A stretch of DNA of 64,000 nucleotides from a virus. Under the pieces are notes generated by a model. That model saw only the letters and a list, made by a program, of their open reading frames with translations. It made no database searches and was not told where the DNA came from. The stretch spans positions 1 through 64,000 of IMG/VR virus record IMGVR_UViG_3300045918_000146; one strand, 5' to 3'. The position numbers and the translations under genes were made by a program. Shown in pieces: positions 39,320 through 49,256 of the stretch (positions are counted from its first letter, which is position 1; each line of letters opens with the position of its first letter).

Positions 39320-39775
39320 ATGGCAGGAACGTATGCTAAAGTTATACCTGATGTAGCAACTACTCATCGAATAGCTGCTATATTAGATCTATTTAATATA
39401 GAAAATGCCGCAGCTCCATGCGATCTACATGTTACCGTTGTCTATAGTAAACAGGAATGTGCATCAGTTAAAGATATTAGTGTGCCAACACCAATAAAAG
39501 CATCTGGTGCATCTCTTCAATTATTTCCAAATGCTGATGGATCAAAATGTTTAGTGGTGGAATTAGATAGTCCTGCATTGCAGGAATTACATTGGTTATG
39601 TAGAAATGAACATAATGCATCGCACGATTATCCAACTTATAGGCCACATATTACACTAAGTTATGACTATTCTGGCGAAATAATACCAAATAGTTCTTTA
39701 CTTGGACACTTTCATACATTATACTTTAATCAATATGTAGTAGAACCATTAAATGTAGACTGGGAATCATATTGA
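39320..39775 (+). CDS. 2H phosphoesterase, Acb1/T4 gp57B-like anti-CBASS candidate
   Basis: GTYA start; two HxT motifs LHVTVVYS and PHITLSYD; HDYPTYRPH. Confidence 0.8.
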   Translation: MAGTYAKVIPDVATTHRIAAILDLFNIENAAAPCDLHVTVVYSKQECASVKDISVPTPIKASGASLQLFPNADGSKCLVVELDSPALQELHWLCRNEHNASHDYPTYRPHITLSYDYSGEIIPNSSLLGHFHTLYFNQYVVEPLNVDWESY

Positions 39776-39852
39776 AGTTATGCGAGGTTCGCCTGTGATG
39801 GAGAGAATGACCAACCAAGTGTTTAAGAATAATTTTTATACTAAGGAATAAC

Positions 39853-40542
39853 ATGTTAATATCAGATCAAATTAAAAATAGGATTATAGAAGCAGGTGCA
39901 GACTTCCATGCTAACAATAACATATCTGCTTATATTAAAGATGGAGAACTTGATCAACTAAAGCACGAACTAACTGAAAAATTTCAAGCGGTATTAAAAA
40001 GTTTGGTTATTGATGTCGAAAATGACCCTAATTCCAAAGGAACAGCAAAGCGTCTTGCTAAAATGTATGTTGATGAAATTATGTCAGGACGTTATAATGC
40101 CCCGCCAAAAGTTACATCATTTCCAAATACCGAAAAACTCAAATATGAAGGTATGCTTGTAGTTAGGTCAGAAATAAAATCAATGTGCAGTCATCACCAT
40201 CAACCAGTAACTGGGATTGCTTATATTGGAATTATCGCAGCTCATAAGTTAATTGGACTTTCAAAATACACACGACTAGCACAATGGTGTGCAAGACGCG
40301 GAACATTACAAGAAGAATTGTGTAATGATATTGCAGATGAGATTGCTAAAGCAACAGGAAGCGAAAATGTTGGGGTATATTTACAACTTCAGCATGGGTG
40401 TTGCTCCAATAGAGGAATTATGGCACACGATAGTACGACTCAAACAACAGTATTGCGCGGAGATTTTTTTAATAGACCAGAGACACGAAAAGAGTTCTTT
40501 GATAATATTCATTTACAAGCAATACATAACAACAAATATTAA
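39853..40542 (+). CDS. folE: GTP cyclohydrolase I
   Basis: TAKRLAKMY, SMCSHHHQP, IGLSKYTR, LQEEL, HGCCSNRG. Confidence 0.95.
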   Translation: MLISDQIKNRIIEAGADFHANNNISAYIKDGELDQLKHELTEKFQAVLKSLVIDVENDPNSKGTAKRLAKMYVDEIMSGRYNAPPKVTSFPNTEKLKYEGMLVVRSEIKSMCSHHHQPVTGIAYIGIIAAHKLIGLSKYTRLAQWCARRGTLQEELCNDIADEIAKATGSENVGVYLQLQHGCCSNRGIMAHDSTTQTTVLRGDFFNRPETRKEFFDNIHLQAIHNNKY

Positions 40543-40550
40543 GGAGCATA

Positions 40551-40934
40551 ATGTTTATTAAGTTACGAAAGAAATTTATTAATTGGTTACGTATATCAGA
40601 TGAATATAACGAGGAAGGATATCGTTATAATATTCGTTCACTTGATGAAGACACTATAAAGAAAGTATCTAAATATAATGTCAAAGTTAAAACTAGATCA
40701 TCGACTCATGGTATGGTTAGTAAGACACAGTCTGACACAGATCAAGTAAACATAGACTCACGAGGCATTACTTTTTCAGTGTATCCTGGAATAGGAGGCA
40801 TTGCAGTTGAATCTAAGACATATAACACACATAGTGATGAATGGGAAACTTCTTTGCATATAGTACCCGACGGTGCAGAATTAAGTGATACACTAGCACA
40901 TATTATTACTATGCAAGCTTTAAGACACAAATGA
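40551..40934 (+). CDS. hypothetical protein
   Basis: AAGGAG RBS, 127 aa. Confidence 0.7.
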   Translation: MFIKLRKKFINWLRISDEYNEEGYRYNIRSLDEDTIKKVSKYNVKVKTRSSTHGMVSKTQSDTDQVNIDSRGITFSVYPGIGGIAVESKTYNTHSDEWETSLHIVPDGAELSDTLAHIITMQALRHK

Positions 40935-41212
40935 GTTGTTACACTGTAACTATGTTTGAATCGATAAAGTTTGATCAAGGCACCGTATTTTGGTTAATTA
41001 ACTCTGGTGCAAAGTTTGATGTAGACAAAGGTAAACTAGAATCTATACCAATATGTACAGGATATGCAACTACCTACGTTTGCGGGAAAGTAAATCCAAC
41101 CCGCGTAACTATATACGATGAACAAGTTTCTCTATTATTCCGTTTGAAATATACAGAAGCAATAGTAACAGCTATTCACATTTTTGACGAAAAGATATGT
41201 TATGACCTTTGA
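40931..41212 (+). CDS. hypothetical protein, D...F-x-L-K family
   Basis: VTIYDEQVSLLFRLKY. Confidence 0.6.
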   Translation: MSCYTVTMFESIKFDQGTVFWLINSGAKFDVDKGKLESIPICTGYATTYVCGKVNPTRVTIYDEQVSLLFRLKYTEAIVTAIHIFDEKICYDL

Positions 41213-41558
41213 AGAGTTCGAGAAAATAGTAACAATATGTTATGCCTGTAGTGTAGAGGTTGAGATGAGAAGAAAAAAACGTGTATTGGTAGAAAAACCA
41301 ATAACAGCAGAACAGGCTTTGCATCTTATTGCTGCAGAGTTTGGTTTTGAACTCGTACCCGTTCCAACAGAGGCAGACAAATAATGCACCATCATAGTCT
41401 ACATAACATACCAAAGGACGGCGAATGGCATCATTTTGTTACAACTGTTAATACCACATTTGTACGTTGGGATCTAAAATTATCATCTTGGATTGTTAAA
41501 GAAGTGGATGAGGATAGCAAATTACCATTAATAGCTCAATACTTAGATAAGGAAATAT

Positions 41559-41834
41559 ATGCCAAAAAGTAAACTAATAGATAATAGTATTGACGACGAC
41601 GATGATAAAAATGAAGATTCAACACCAAAGAAAGTTATTTTTGCACCCAATTGTTTTGATGAGTTTGAAGGAACGCAGGAAGAATTAGATAGTTTAATAG
41701 CTCATATTACTCAATTAGCAGAAAGCGGGGAATTAGAAGCTAATTTAGATGAAGTATCAGATGATGTTATAAACGATTTACGTGAGCTCATAGACCAAAA
41801 GTCTTCACTTGATAATAAACGTACAGTACATTAA
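41559..41834 (+). CDS. acidic hypothetical protein
   Basis: FAPNCFDEFEGTQEELDSL. Confidence 0.7.
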   Translation: MPKSKLIDNSIDDDDDKNEDSTPKKVIFAPNCFDEFEGTQEELDSLIAHITQLAESGELEANLDEVSDDVINDLRELIDQKSSLDNKRTVH

Positions 41835-41849
41835 GAAAGGAACACAAGC

Positions 41850-42362
41850 ATGAATGTTAAAAAAGAATATATTTCATTTGATGAAGTAAAAGGTTACTGC
41901 CTTGATATCGCAGTACAAATGATTGAGGACAACTGGAAACCAGAACTCATTATTGGTATAACTAGAGGGGGAGCATTACCGGCTGTTTTACTTAGTCAGT
42001 TTTTTAAGTGTAAAATGATAGGACTCGATGTTTGTTTAAGAGATAATGCAGACTTTGATATGGGTCCTGAATCAAATTGCTGGGCAGCAGAATTAGCTAT
42101 GGATAGCAAGAAAATACTTATCGTCGACGACATAAACGATACTGGGGCAACTATTAATTGGATTATCAACGACTGGGATTACGATAAATCGTATAATGCC
42201 ATGTGGGGAGACAATGTTCGTTTTTCTACTATTGTACAAAACGAGAGTAGTAAAGCAATGGTTACTCCGCAATATTACGGGTACGAGGTTAATAAAGCAG
42301 AAAATGATGTTTGGATTGAATTTCCTTGGGAAAATTGGTGGAGAGTAGATCAAAAAGTATGA
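41850..42362 (+). CDS. purine phosphoribosyltransferase (Gpt-like)
   Basis: GITRGG, ILIVDDINDTGAT PRPP motif, WIEFPWE. Confidence 0.9.
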   Translation: MNVKKEYISFDEVKGYCLDIAVQMIEDNWKPELIIGITRGGALPAVLLSQFFKCKMIGLDVCLRDNADFDMGPESNCWAAELAMDSKKILIVDDINDTGATINWIINDWDYDKSYNAMWGDNVRFSTIVQNESSKAMVTPQYYGYEVNKAENDVWIEFPWENWWRVDQKV

Positions 42363-42553
42363 TTTCCGCAGATTATTATGCTAAACGGCTAATGTGTGCA
42401 GTAAATAAAACATTAACACCCACAAAACAAGAACAAATGTGGTTAGTGTTAAATGGAAAATGCCCGCATAATAAAGGTTGGAAGTATGAAGGTCATAGCC
42501 ATAACGACGATGCATATAGATGTAATAGATGTGGCGAAATAGAATGGTATTAA
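42359..42553 (+). CDS. small Zn-finger protein
   Basis: CPH...CNRCG. Confidence 0.55.
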   Translation: MISADYYAKRLMCAVNKTLTPTKQEQMWLVLNGKCPHNKGWKYEGHSHNDDAYRCNRCGEIEWY

Positions 42554-42575
42554 AAGTATATCGAGGAGTTAATAT

Positions 42576-43172
42576 ATGTCAAATAGAATAGTTGTGGGTA
42601 AAGAAGTATCTAAATTAACAACAGAACAAAAAAAAGCAAAAACATTTATACAAAAGGTTATAGGAAGTGCCAAAGAAGAACTCTGTGGCGATGAATATAG
42701 TGCAGTATATAAAATGCTTGAATTAATAGAACCAATAGAAGTATCTAATAATCAACGAAATATAACATCAAAGTACCGTATAGGAGATATTGAATACCAT
42801 TTATACGATTTATCCGACGGCAGTAAAGAAATATATAAGATTATCTCAGAAGAAGCTAAAGAAGAACGAGAAGATGAATTACCTAGAACACTAGCTGATG
42901 CTATAGAAAACAACTTAGTGCCGTGGACAGAGTACTTACGTAAAGACTTTCATGTAGCAGTCTTCATAGATAATAAAAAAAATAATAAACTTATCTTTGC
43001 ACCGCAATATAATACGTATGGTGTATTACGTGACTGCTTTAGTGATGCTACTAATATGGGTCAAGCCAAAGTTGAAAGTAAAGAATGGAAGTCATTTAAG
43101 ATTAAACATGGGGTTACTCCAGGGAAAAAGAATATTGATTGGCCACATGTTGTATTGACATGGAAAGATTAG
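42576..43172 (+). CDS. two-domain protein with degenerate HIT-like C-terminus
   Basis: PWT..RKDFHVAVF.D...IFAP; ends WPHVVL, lacking the full HxHxH triad. Confidence 0.5.
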   Translation: MSNRIVVGKEVSKLTTEQKKAKTFIQKVIGSAKEELCGDEYSAVYKMLELIEPIEVSNNQRNITSKYRIGDIEYHLYDLSDGSKEIYKIISEEAKEEREDELPRTLADAIENNLVPWTEYLRKDFHVAVFIDNKKNNKLIFAPQYNTYGVLRDCFSDATNMGQAKVESKEWKSFKIKHGVTPGKKNIDWPHVVLTWKD

Positions 43173-43173
43173 T

Positions 43174-43470
43174 ATGATTACACCTTATCAAGATGAAGTT
43201 CTAACTATATTAACAGAAGAGTGTGGAGAAACTATTCAAGAAATATGTAAAATTAAACGTTTTGGTTTATCTAATCATAGTCATCATGTAGAAGGAAAAA
43301 CTCATTTAGAGTGTCTCACACAGGAATTGGGAGATCTACTAGCAATGATACAGATGATTAAGGAATCAAATATTGGCATAACAGACGAAGGACTAGCAAT
43401 ATGTAAACAGAAGAAATTAGATAAAGTAGTTAAATGGATGACGCATAAAAACCAATTAATCCAATTTTAG
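43174..43470 (+). CDS. MazG-like NTP pyrophosphohydrolase
   Basis: EECGE...QELGDLL. Confidence 0.75.
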   Translation: MITPYQDEVLTILTEECGETIQEICKIKRFGLSNHSHHVEGKTHLECLTQELGDLLAMIQMIKESNIGITDEGLAICKQKKLDKVVKWMTHKNQLIQF

Positions 43471-43573
43471 ACGAAATACATCGATCAAAGGTACATTACG
43501 GTGAAAATAAAGTTGCATTGGCCATAGAAAAACGTTATACTTAGCACAACAACAGTTAGGTAACTACAAAATT

Positions 43574-43975
43574 ATGACAAGAATAAACGCTGATATAGAT
43601 CCAACCACATTAAAACGCCCACATTTGTTAGCAGAGTTGCGTGAAATAACTATGATCCCTGCTTCGTTACGTAGAAGTTTAAGGACAAAAACTATACAAA
43701 AAATATTGATTAGTATTCCCGATAAATTCACACTAGGAAGTGGGCATGTCCTTTATTTCTATAATAAATTAAAATTTTTACAGAAAAGATTTAATAGATT
43801 AGCAGATGAAATGGAACGTAGAGGCTATAATCCGGATAGATCTCGCATTGCTGCTTTCGATGGGTTTGATAAAATTTGGTATGGTGTGTGGATCGCAACA
43901 GATGAGGATAATGCTATAATTGTAAAACGTATAGCCGAAAGAATAGCTGCAAAACCTCATCTATATAAAGACTAA
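43574..43975 (+). CDS. denV: pyrimidine dimer DNA glycosylase (endonuclease V)
   Basis: MTRIN, HLLAELREI, FTLGSGHVLYFYNKL, EMERRGY; promoter TTGCAT-17-TATACT at 43513-43541. Confidence 0.93.
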   Translation: MTRINADIDPTTLKRPHLLAELREITMIPASLRRSLRTKTIQKILISIPDKFTLGSGHVLYFYNKLKFLQKRFNRLADEMERRGYNPDRSRIAAFDGFDKIWYGVWIATDEDNAIIVKRIAERIAAKPHLYKD

Positions 43976-44094
43976 ATAATGATTTCTTCAGAAAACATAC
44001 ATAAGTTCTGTCGGAACTACTATGTTGCGACGTTCGATATAGATTATTCAACCTATAAACAAAGCCAAGTCTCATATCAATGAGAAGCGAAGGT

Positions 44095-44253
44095 ATGGAT
44101 AAGCTTATTAACCAATTAACGACGGTAGATCTAGTGCTAGCGAAAAAAGAAAAAGAAAAAGAAAAAGAATTAAGGAACTTATATACTGCGGTGCAAAAAG
44201 CGTATGACGAGTATCAATTATTATTAGCAATTACAATTAAGGAGAATATATGA
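44095..44253 (+). CDS. small hypothetical protein, possibly the 3' half of a split gene
   Basis: (gaaaaa)n repeat encoding KEKEKEKE; AVQKAYDEYQLLL; overlaps the queD start. Confidence 0.45.
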   Translation: MDKLINQLTTVDLVLAKKEKEKEKELRNLYTAVQKAYDEYQLLLAITIKENI

Positions 44254-44801
44254 GTTACAAATGGGTTATTGATAAATCATTTACGTTTGAGGCCGGACAC
44301 AGAGTTTGGAGCCAACAGCTAAATAATCCCGAGTTAAGTATTAGTACAGAATGTGCCTGTAAACATTTGCATGGACATTCGTATGTGATTAAGGTATTCT
44401 TAGGTGCAAATAGACTTGATGATAGTCAAATGGTTACAGATTTCAAAAACTTAAACTTTATGAAAGAATTTTTAGATGACGTATTGGATCATAAATTTAT
44501 AATTGATGTGAACGACCCACTTTTTAAGAGGATAACTGGTAAGATAGCACCAAGTAGTATTAAAGACTTTACAAATTTTGGCTCTTTCTTAAGAGGTAGT
44601 ATAGATGAAGATGGTACTATATGCTTACTCAATGAAGATCAACTATTAGATAGTTTTGTATTAGTAAATTTTGTACCCACCTCTGAAAATATTTGCAAAT
44701 ACCTGTTTGACTATGCACGCGATATTATTGGTAATGTAGCTACAGTAACAGCAGTTGAATTATGGGAAACCAAAAAATCGCATTGCAGATACGAAGTGTA
44801 A
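44250..44801 (+). CDS. queD: 6-carboxytetrahydropterin synthase
   Basis: FTFEAGHRV, CKHLHGHSY, DHKF, PTSENI, LWET. Confidence 0.93.
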   Translation: MSYKWVIDKSFTFEAGHRVWSQQLNNPELSISTECACKHLHGHSYVIKVFLGANRLDDSQMVTDFKNLNFMKEFLDDVLDHKFIIDVNDPLFKRITGKIAPSSIKDFTNFGSFLRGSIDEDGTICLLNEDQLLDSFVLVNFVPTSENICKYLFDYARDIIGNVATVTAVELWETKKSHCRYEV

Positions 44802-44829
44802 TTGTGAACAAGTATATTAACACATACGA

Positions 44830-45130
44830 AACCTTTTATCGTACTTTCTTAGTGGCGATGATACATTAAGTAATGACGGTGAGCGTTTATGGCAAGGGTT
44901 AGTGAACAGAGGAAACACTGTATCTGTATTTGATACCATGCAGAACCAATACGTATTAGATTATGTAAAAGATAAACAAGAACTAGAACAGTATTTAGGC
45001 AATGCTGATAAAAGAGGTACGTATTTGTATTATCAGAAACAGTATTATCGTCTAGAGAAATATTTACAACCTTTGGAATAATGGAAATTAAGCGTAAAGC
45101 AAATTGGCCGTTATTTGATCATCTGTTAGA
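44830..45130 (+). pseudogene. remnant of a GNAT-like phage gene
   Basis: Startless frame reading LSGDDTLSNDGERLWQGLVNRGNTVSVFD, continuing in another frame. Confidence 0.4.
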
Positions 45131-45141
45131 AAGGAAATAAA

Positions 45142-45381
45142 ATGTTTGGATTAAGAATAACAATATCTGGACCCGGGCAAACGTTTGATGTTGAAATAGA
45201 ATACATTAAACGTGTGCTAGAAGAAATGGGTTGGGAAGTAAGTGTAAAAGATGAATTTAGAAAATCTTTGTCTGATGTAGAATTCGAACACGGAATTTCA
45301 CTTAGAAAAGACATTAACGTAAATTCAACAATAGAGCATCATGCAGAGATTATAGCAGATCATTGCTGCTGGGGAGGATAA
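45142..45381 (+). CDS. hypothetical protein
   Basis: AAGGA RBS; ends HCCWGG. Confidence 0.6.
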   Translation: MFGLRITISGPGQTFDVEIEYIKRVLEEMGWEVSVKDEFRKSLSDVEFEHGISLRKDINVNSTIEHHAEIIADHCCWGG

Positions 45382-45384
45382 CTA

Positions 45385-46266
45385 ATGAGTAAAATAAAAG
45401 TATCAGAAATTTTTCGTGCACTTCAGGGTGAAGGCAAATATATGGGGGTTCCAAGTGTATTTGTACGAACGTTTGGATGTAACTTTCGATGTAGGAACTT
45501 TGGAAGATCAGGTGTAGATTACTTAGATGATACAGTTAAACGGAATCCAGAAGTAAACAACATAATAAAGAATATTAATATATATAAGTCATATAGTGAT
45601 CTACCTTTAGTTAAGTCGGGATGCGATTCTTACCCTGCTGTATATCCAGAATTTAAGAATCTAAGTCCGTCTTTTACAACAACAGAATTATCGGAGAAGA
45701 TAGTTGATATACTTCCAAATAAACAATGGAAAGACGAGCATTTAGTTATTACCGGAGGAGAACCATTACTTGCAGGATGGCAGAACTCTTATATAGATTT
45801 ACTAGAAGAGAAGACGATGCTATCTTTAAAGGAACTCACATTTGAAACTAACGGAACACAGGGTTTATCAACAAACCTACGTGACTATTTAATTAACTGG
45901 GGTAGAGATAACGAGTATAGAGGTATCAATGCTATGACCTTTTCGGTAAGTCCAAAACTAAGTTGTAGCGGCGAAAGTAAGATAGAAGCTATAAATCCGG
46001 ATATCGTATGTTCTTATGAAGAAGTTGGTGCTACTTACTTAAAGTTTGTTATTGCCACTAATTTAGACGCGGAAGAAGCATTAGAAGCAGTTTATATGTA
46101 TAGACAAGCAGGTTTTGAAGGTCCGGTATATTTTATGGCTGTGGGCGGAGTAACAGACGTATATAACTTAAATAATAAAAATGTTGCAGAGTTAGCATTG
46201 AAACTTGGAATTAGATATAGTTCTAGAATTCAAGTTGAGCTATTCAAGAATGCATGGGCAACTTAA
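45385..46266 (+). CDS. queE: 7-carboxy-7-deazaguanine synthase (radical SAM)
   Basis: EIFRALQGEG, FVRTFGCNFRC...GCDS, ITGGEPLL, FETNGT, SVSPKL. Confidence 0.93.
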   Translation: MSKIKVSEIFRALQGEGKYMGVPSVFVRTFGCNFRCRNFGRSGVDYLDDTVKRNPEVNNIIKNINIYKSYSDLPLVKSGCDSYPAVYPEFKNLSPSFTTTELSEKIVDILPNKQWKDEHLVITGGEPLLAGWQNSYIDLLEEKTMLSLKELTFETNGTQGLSTNLRDYLINWGRDNEYRGINAMTFSVSPKLSCSGESKIEAINPDIVCSYEEVGATYLKFVIATNLDAEEALEAVYMYRQAGFEGPVYFMAVGGVTDVYNLNNKNVAELALKLGIRYSSRIQVELFKNAWAT

Positions 46267-46289
46267 TTTAATACAAGGAGTTAATCAAA

Positions 46290-46463
46290 GTGCTTAAATT
46301 ATCATATGACGAATGGCGTAAACATTATACTGTCGATATAACAGAGGATGCTATTGAAGACTTGCAACGTCTACATAAAGTCGACGCAAAATTTGAAATA
46401 GAAAAAGCAATGCAATTTGAGTATGACTTATATCTAAGTAAACAACAAAAGGATTCTAAATGA
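46290..46463 (+). CDS. small hypothetical protein (57 aa, not in ORF track)
   Basis: AAGGAG RBS, GTG start, EDLQRLHKVDAKFEI. Confidence 0.6.
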   Translation: MLKLSYDEWRKHYTVDITEDAIEDLQRLHKVDAKFEIEKAMQFEYDLYLSKQQKDSK

Positions 46464-46696
46464 AAACACTAAAGTTTGTAAAACCAGAGTTAGTTACAAC
46501 AGAGTTTCGATGGCCAAACGACGTAACACGTATCGTAAATATATGTGCTAACCAGGGATATATTATCTCACGTGCAGATGCACAAGCAGCATGGGAAGAA
46601 TACTCAGATGGATTAGCGGCATGTTGGCTTATGTTAGACGATAGCGACAATGCTGTTTTAACTACTGTAATGGAATACTGTAAGGCGGAGGGATAA
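46460..46696 (+). CDS. hypothetical protein
   Basis: AWEEYSDGLAACWL. Confidence 0.7.
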   Translation: MKTLKFVKPELVTTEFRWPNDVTRIVNICANQGYIISRADAQAAWEEYSDGLAACWLMLDDSDNAVLTTVMEYCKAEG

Positions 46697-46697
46697 A

Positions 46698-47165
46698 ATG
46701 GGTTTATTTGATAAAATTTTTAAAAAGAAAAATGTAACTCCTATCATACAAACGGAGCCTATATTACCTGTACCAATAAAAAAACCTCGGGCTAAAAAGA
46801 AAAAAGTTTCTACCGAAACTACTGCTAAGGCTAATAACAAGCAAAAGAAAAAAGTAGAGTTTGATCCTATACCAAAGCTAACAAGCAAGGAAATTGAAAA
46901 AGCAGAAGCTACACAAAAAGGGGAACCGTGGGTAAGTGTATTGGACTTTGAAATTAACATAGATAATTTATCAGACGGGTCATTTGAGCTTGATTGGAAT
47001 GAAATTTTTATTGCAAAGTTGATTAGAGCAGGATATGCAGGAAAAACTGATCACGATATTGTTGACCTTTGGTTTTCTGACGTATGCCGTAATATAATTC
47101 AAGAGAATTTCGAACAAGCAATGAGCGACCCACTTAATCGGTCCGAAAAAGGGCGCGAATACTAA
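46698..47165 (+). CDS. hypothetical protein
   Basis: GEPWVSV...GSFELDWNE.FI..L..AGY. Confidence 0.75.
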   Translation: MGLFDKIFKKKNVTPIIQTEPILPVPIKKPRAKKKKVSTETTAKANNKQKKKVEFDPIPKLTSKEIEKAEATQKGEPWVSVLDFEINIDNLSDGSFELDWNEIFIAKLIRAGYAGKTDHDIVDLWFSDVCRNIIQENFEQAMSDPLNRSEKGREY

Positions 47166-47169
47166 CAGA

Positions 47170-47465
47170 ATGAGAGCGCACGAATTTATTGACCCATACG
47201 ACTTCCGACAACGTATCAAAGATAACTGGAAATTCCTCACTGCACCCCAAATTGGATCTGTCATCTATGGGCAATGATCCGGTCTAACTGTTTATGATAC
47301 TAGTGTGCGAACAAGAAAGAAATGGGTCAAATAAGTAAGATGTGGAGCGATCATCGTCACGAATATGTATTTGTTGCATTAAATGGGGATGTGTCCACAA
47401 ACCGAAAAGCAGAAGGCCGAACGTATCGTGAAGTGTTGGACGAAGCGATAAGTGAATACCCATGA
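47170..47465 (+). pseudogene. broken CTS-bearing gene
   Basis: MRAHEFID... stops at 47277; second fragment MWSDHRHEYVFVAL... at 47340-47465. Confidence 0.4.
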
Positions 47466-47601
47466 GGGAACGACCCCAAGGGGGAGGTTGCGCCGTACTA
47501 CCTGACAACGGTACCGCCGAAAGAATGCAGTATTTAGATACCGAGACATATTAATAACCAATCCGCTTGCCCTTTACCTGATTTCTTACTACAATTATAA
47601 T

Positions 47602-48600
47602 ATGACACAACGATACTTACTCATCGACACGATGAACACTTATTTTCGCTGCCTCCACATATCAAATCATTCAACTGATATTGAAGAGCGCGTAGCTTAC
47701 GCGATACATTCTATGTTGCAATCTATAGCAGCAGCATGGCGTGACCAAAACGCAAACCACATAATTTGCTGTTTGGAGGGACACAGTTGGCGTAAAGGTT
47801 TTTATCCTAGATATAAAGCACATCGAGAAGTTGCAAGACAAGCTACTACGGTCAAGGAACAACAAGAAATGAGGGCTTTTCTCGACGGATACGCAACACT
47901 TGTAACTTTTCTAGAACAAAAAACTAATGTATCTATGTTACAACATGATCAATTAGAAGCAGACGATCTTATTGCAGGTTGGATACAAAACCATTTAGAT
48001 GACCATCATACTATCGTAAGTTCAGATTCCGATTATCATCAGTTACTAGCAGATAATGTCAATCAATATAATGGTGTTGCGAGCGAACTTCATACTATTA
48101 CTGGTATTTACGACAAGAAAGGTAAGTTAGTTATTGACAAGAAGACGAAACTACCTAAAAAAGTACCTAACCCTAAGTTTATACTGTTCGAAAAACTGGT
48201 TAGGGGAGATCCAGGAGACAATGTGTTTGCTGCTTATCCTGGTGCTAGGATAAAAGGTTCTAAGAATAAGATAGGTATCACAGAAGCATTTGAAGATAGA
48301 GATAATAAGGGTTTTAATTTCAACAACTTTATGTTACAACGTTGGGTAGATCACGAGGGTAACGAGCATAAAGTAATTGATGATTTTTATCGTAATGAAA
48401 TTCTTATTGATTTAACAAAACAACCAATTGAAATAAGAAAAATTATCGACGATACAGTATTATCAGTGAGATCAAAGAGTAACCCCATGATAGGAGCACA
48501 GTTTCTTAAATTTTGCGGAACACATAATTTAACAAAGTTGTCAGAGCAAGCAACTACTTATGCTACGATATTAGGATCTCCATATCTAGGGAATAGATAA
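47602..48600 (+). CDS. rnh: T4 RNase H-like 5'-3' exonuclease
   Basis: LIDTMN, SWRK, YKAHR, EADDLI, SSDSDY.QL, RGDPGDNV. Confidence 0.9.
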   Translation: MTQRYLLIDTMNTYFRCLHISNHSTDIEERVAYAIHSMLQSIAAAWRDQNANHIICCLEGHSWRKGFYPRYKAHREVARQATTVKEQQEMRAFLDGYATLVTFLEQKTNVSMLQHDQLEADDLIAGWIQNHLDDHHTIVSSDSDYHQLLADNVNQYNGVASELHTITGIYDKKGKLVIDKKTKLPKKVPNPKFILFEKLVRGDPGDNVFAAYPGARIKGSKNKIGITEAFEDRDNKGFNFNNFMLQRWVDHEGNEHKVIDDFYRNEILIDLTKQPIEIRKIIDDTVLSVRSKSNPMIGAQFLKFCGTHNLTKLSEQATTYATILGSPYLGNR

Positions 48601-48684
48601 CTATAATGATTAGAGCTTTTCTCTTAGGTAGTGAAGATTATTTAGGTTTCATTTGTTCGAAAAGCAAGATAAAAGGAGTTCAAT

Positions 48685-48900
48685 ATGAGAGTAAATGAAA
48701 TAGTTCAACCGTTAGACGAGTATAAAATAGTTGTTACGCTAGAAAAACCTTAGAAGAAAAAATTTATCATTGCGGGAAATATCCCGTAAAGTCGAAACTG
48801 GAGAAATAGTGTTATCTGAAGAAGATATAAAAGAAGGACAAAAATCATTAGGTGAATTAAATCAAGCACTATATAGCGATATGTGAAAGCCTTTATCATA
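48685..48900 (+). pseudogene. broken CTS-bearing gene
   Basis: AAGGAG RBS; MRVNEIVQPLDE-YK stops at 48753; fragments continue in other frames. Confidence 0.45.
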
Positions 48901-48944
48901 AGATTGATACCCTTAAACGACAATTAGACAACGATAATATTGCT

Positions 48945-49256
48945 TTGGTTGAAATGTATTTAGGAAACCTGTTACTTACCGCTACCGAAGATGAAATAAT
49001 ACGAGATGCAAACTCAAGTGATGCTGAGACTATTATTAATTTGAGAAAATATCACAGTAGAATGAAAGCAAACGTAAAAGATGTTCGCTTATATGTTTTA
49101 AAAAAGAAAGAATGTAGCGGATTATCAAATGTCGATCTGTTAAAAAGACTTAGTCATATTGAAGCTAAAATACTACAAATGTGTGAACAAGCATGTGTTC
49201 AGCATTACCAAGATATGACCGGAAGGGTTAGTTTTCCAGGAAAGAAACAAGGATGA
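48945..49256 (+). CDS. hypothetical protein (possibly the 3' fragment of the preceding pseudogene)
   Basis: 103-aa ORF with a weak start. Confidence 0.4.
   Translation: MVEMYLGNLLLTATEDEIIRDANSSDAETIINLRKYHSRMKANVKDVRLYVLKKKECSGLSNVDLLKRLSHIEAKILQMCEQACVQHYQDMTGRVSFPGKKQG

Noticed and set aside
39776-39852. preQ1 or folate riboswitch upstream of folE (GAGGTTC start)
   Set aside because: No complementary 3' P1 strand or A-rich tail; only a 4-bp hairpin
47280-47560. GC-richer intergenic stretch as an ncRNA
   Set aside because: No convincing long stems; better explained as a decayed coding sequence, though not excluded
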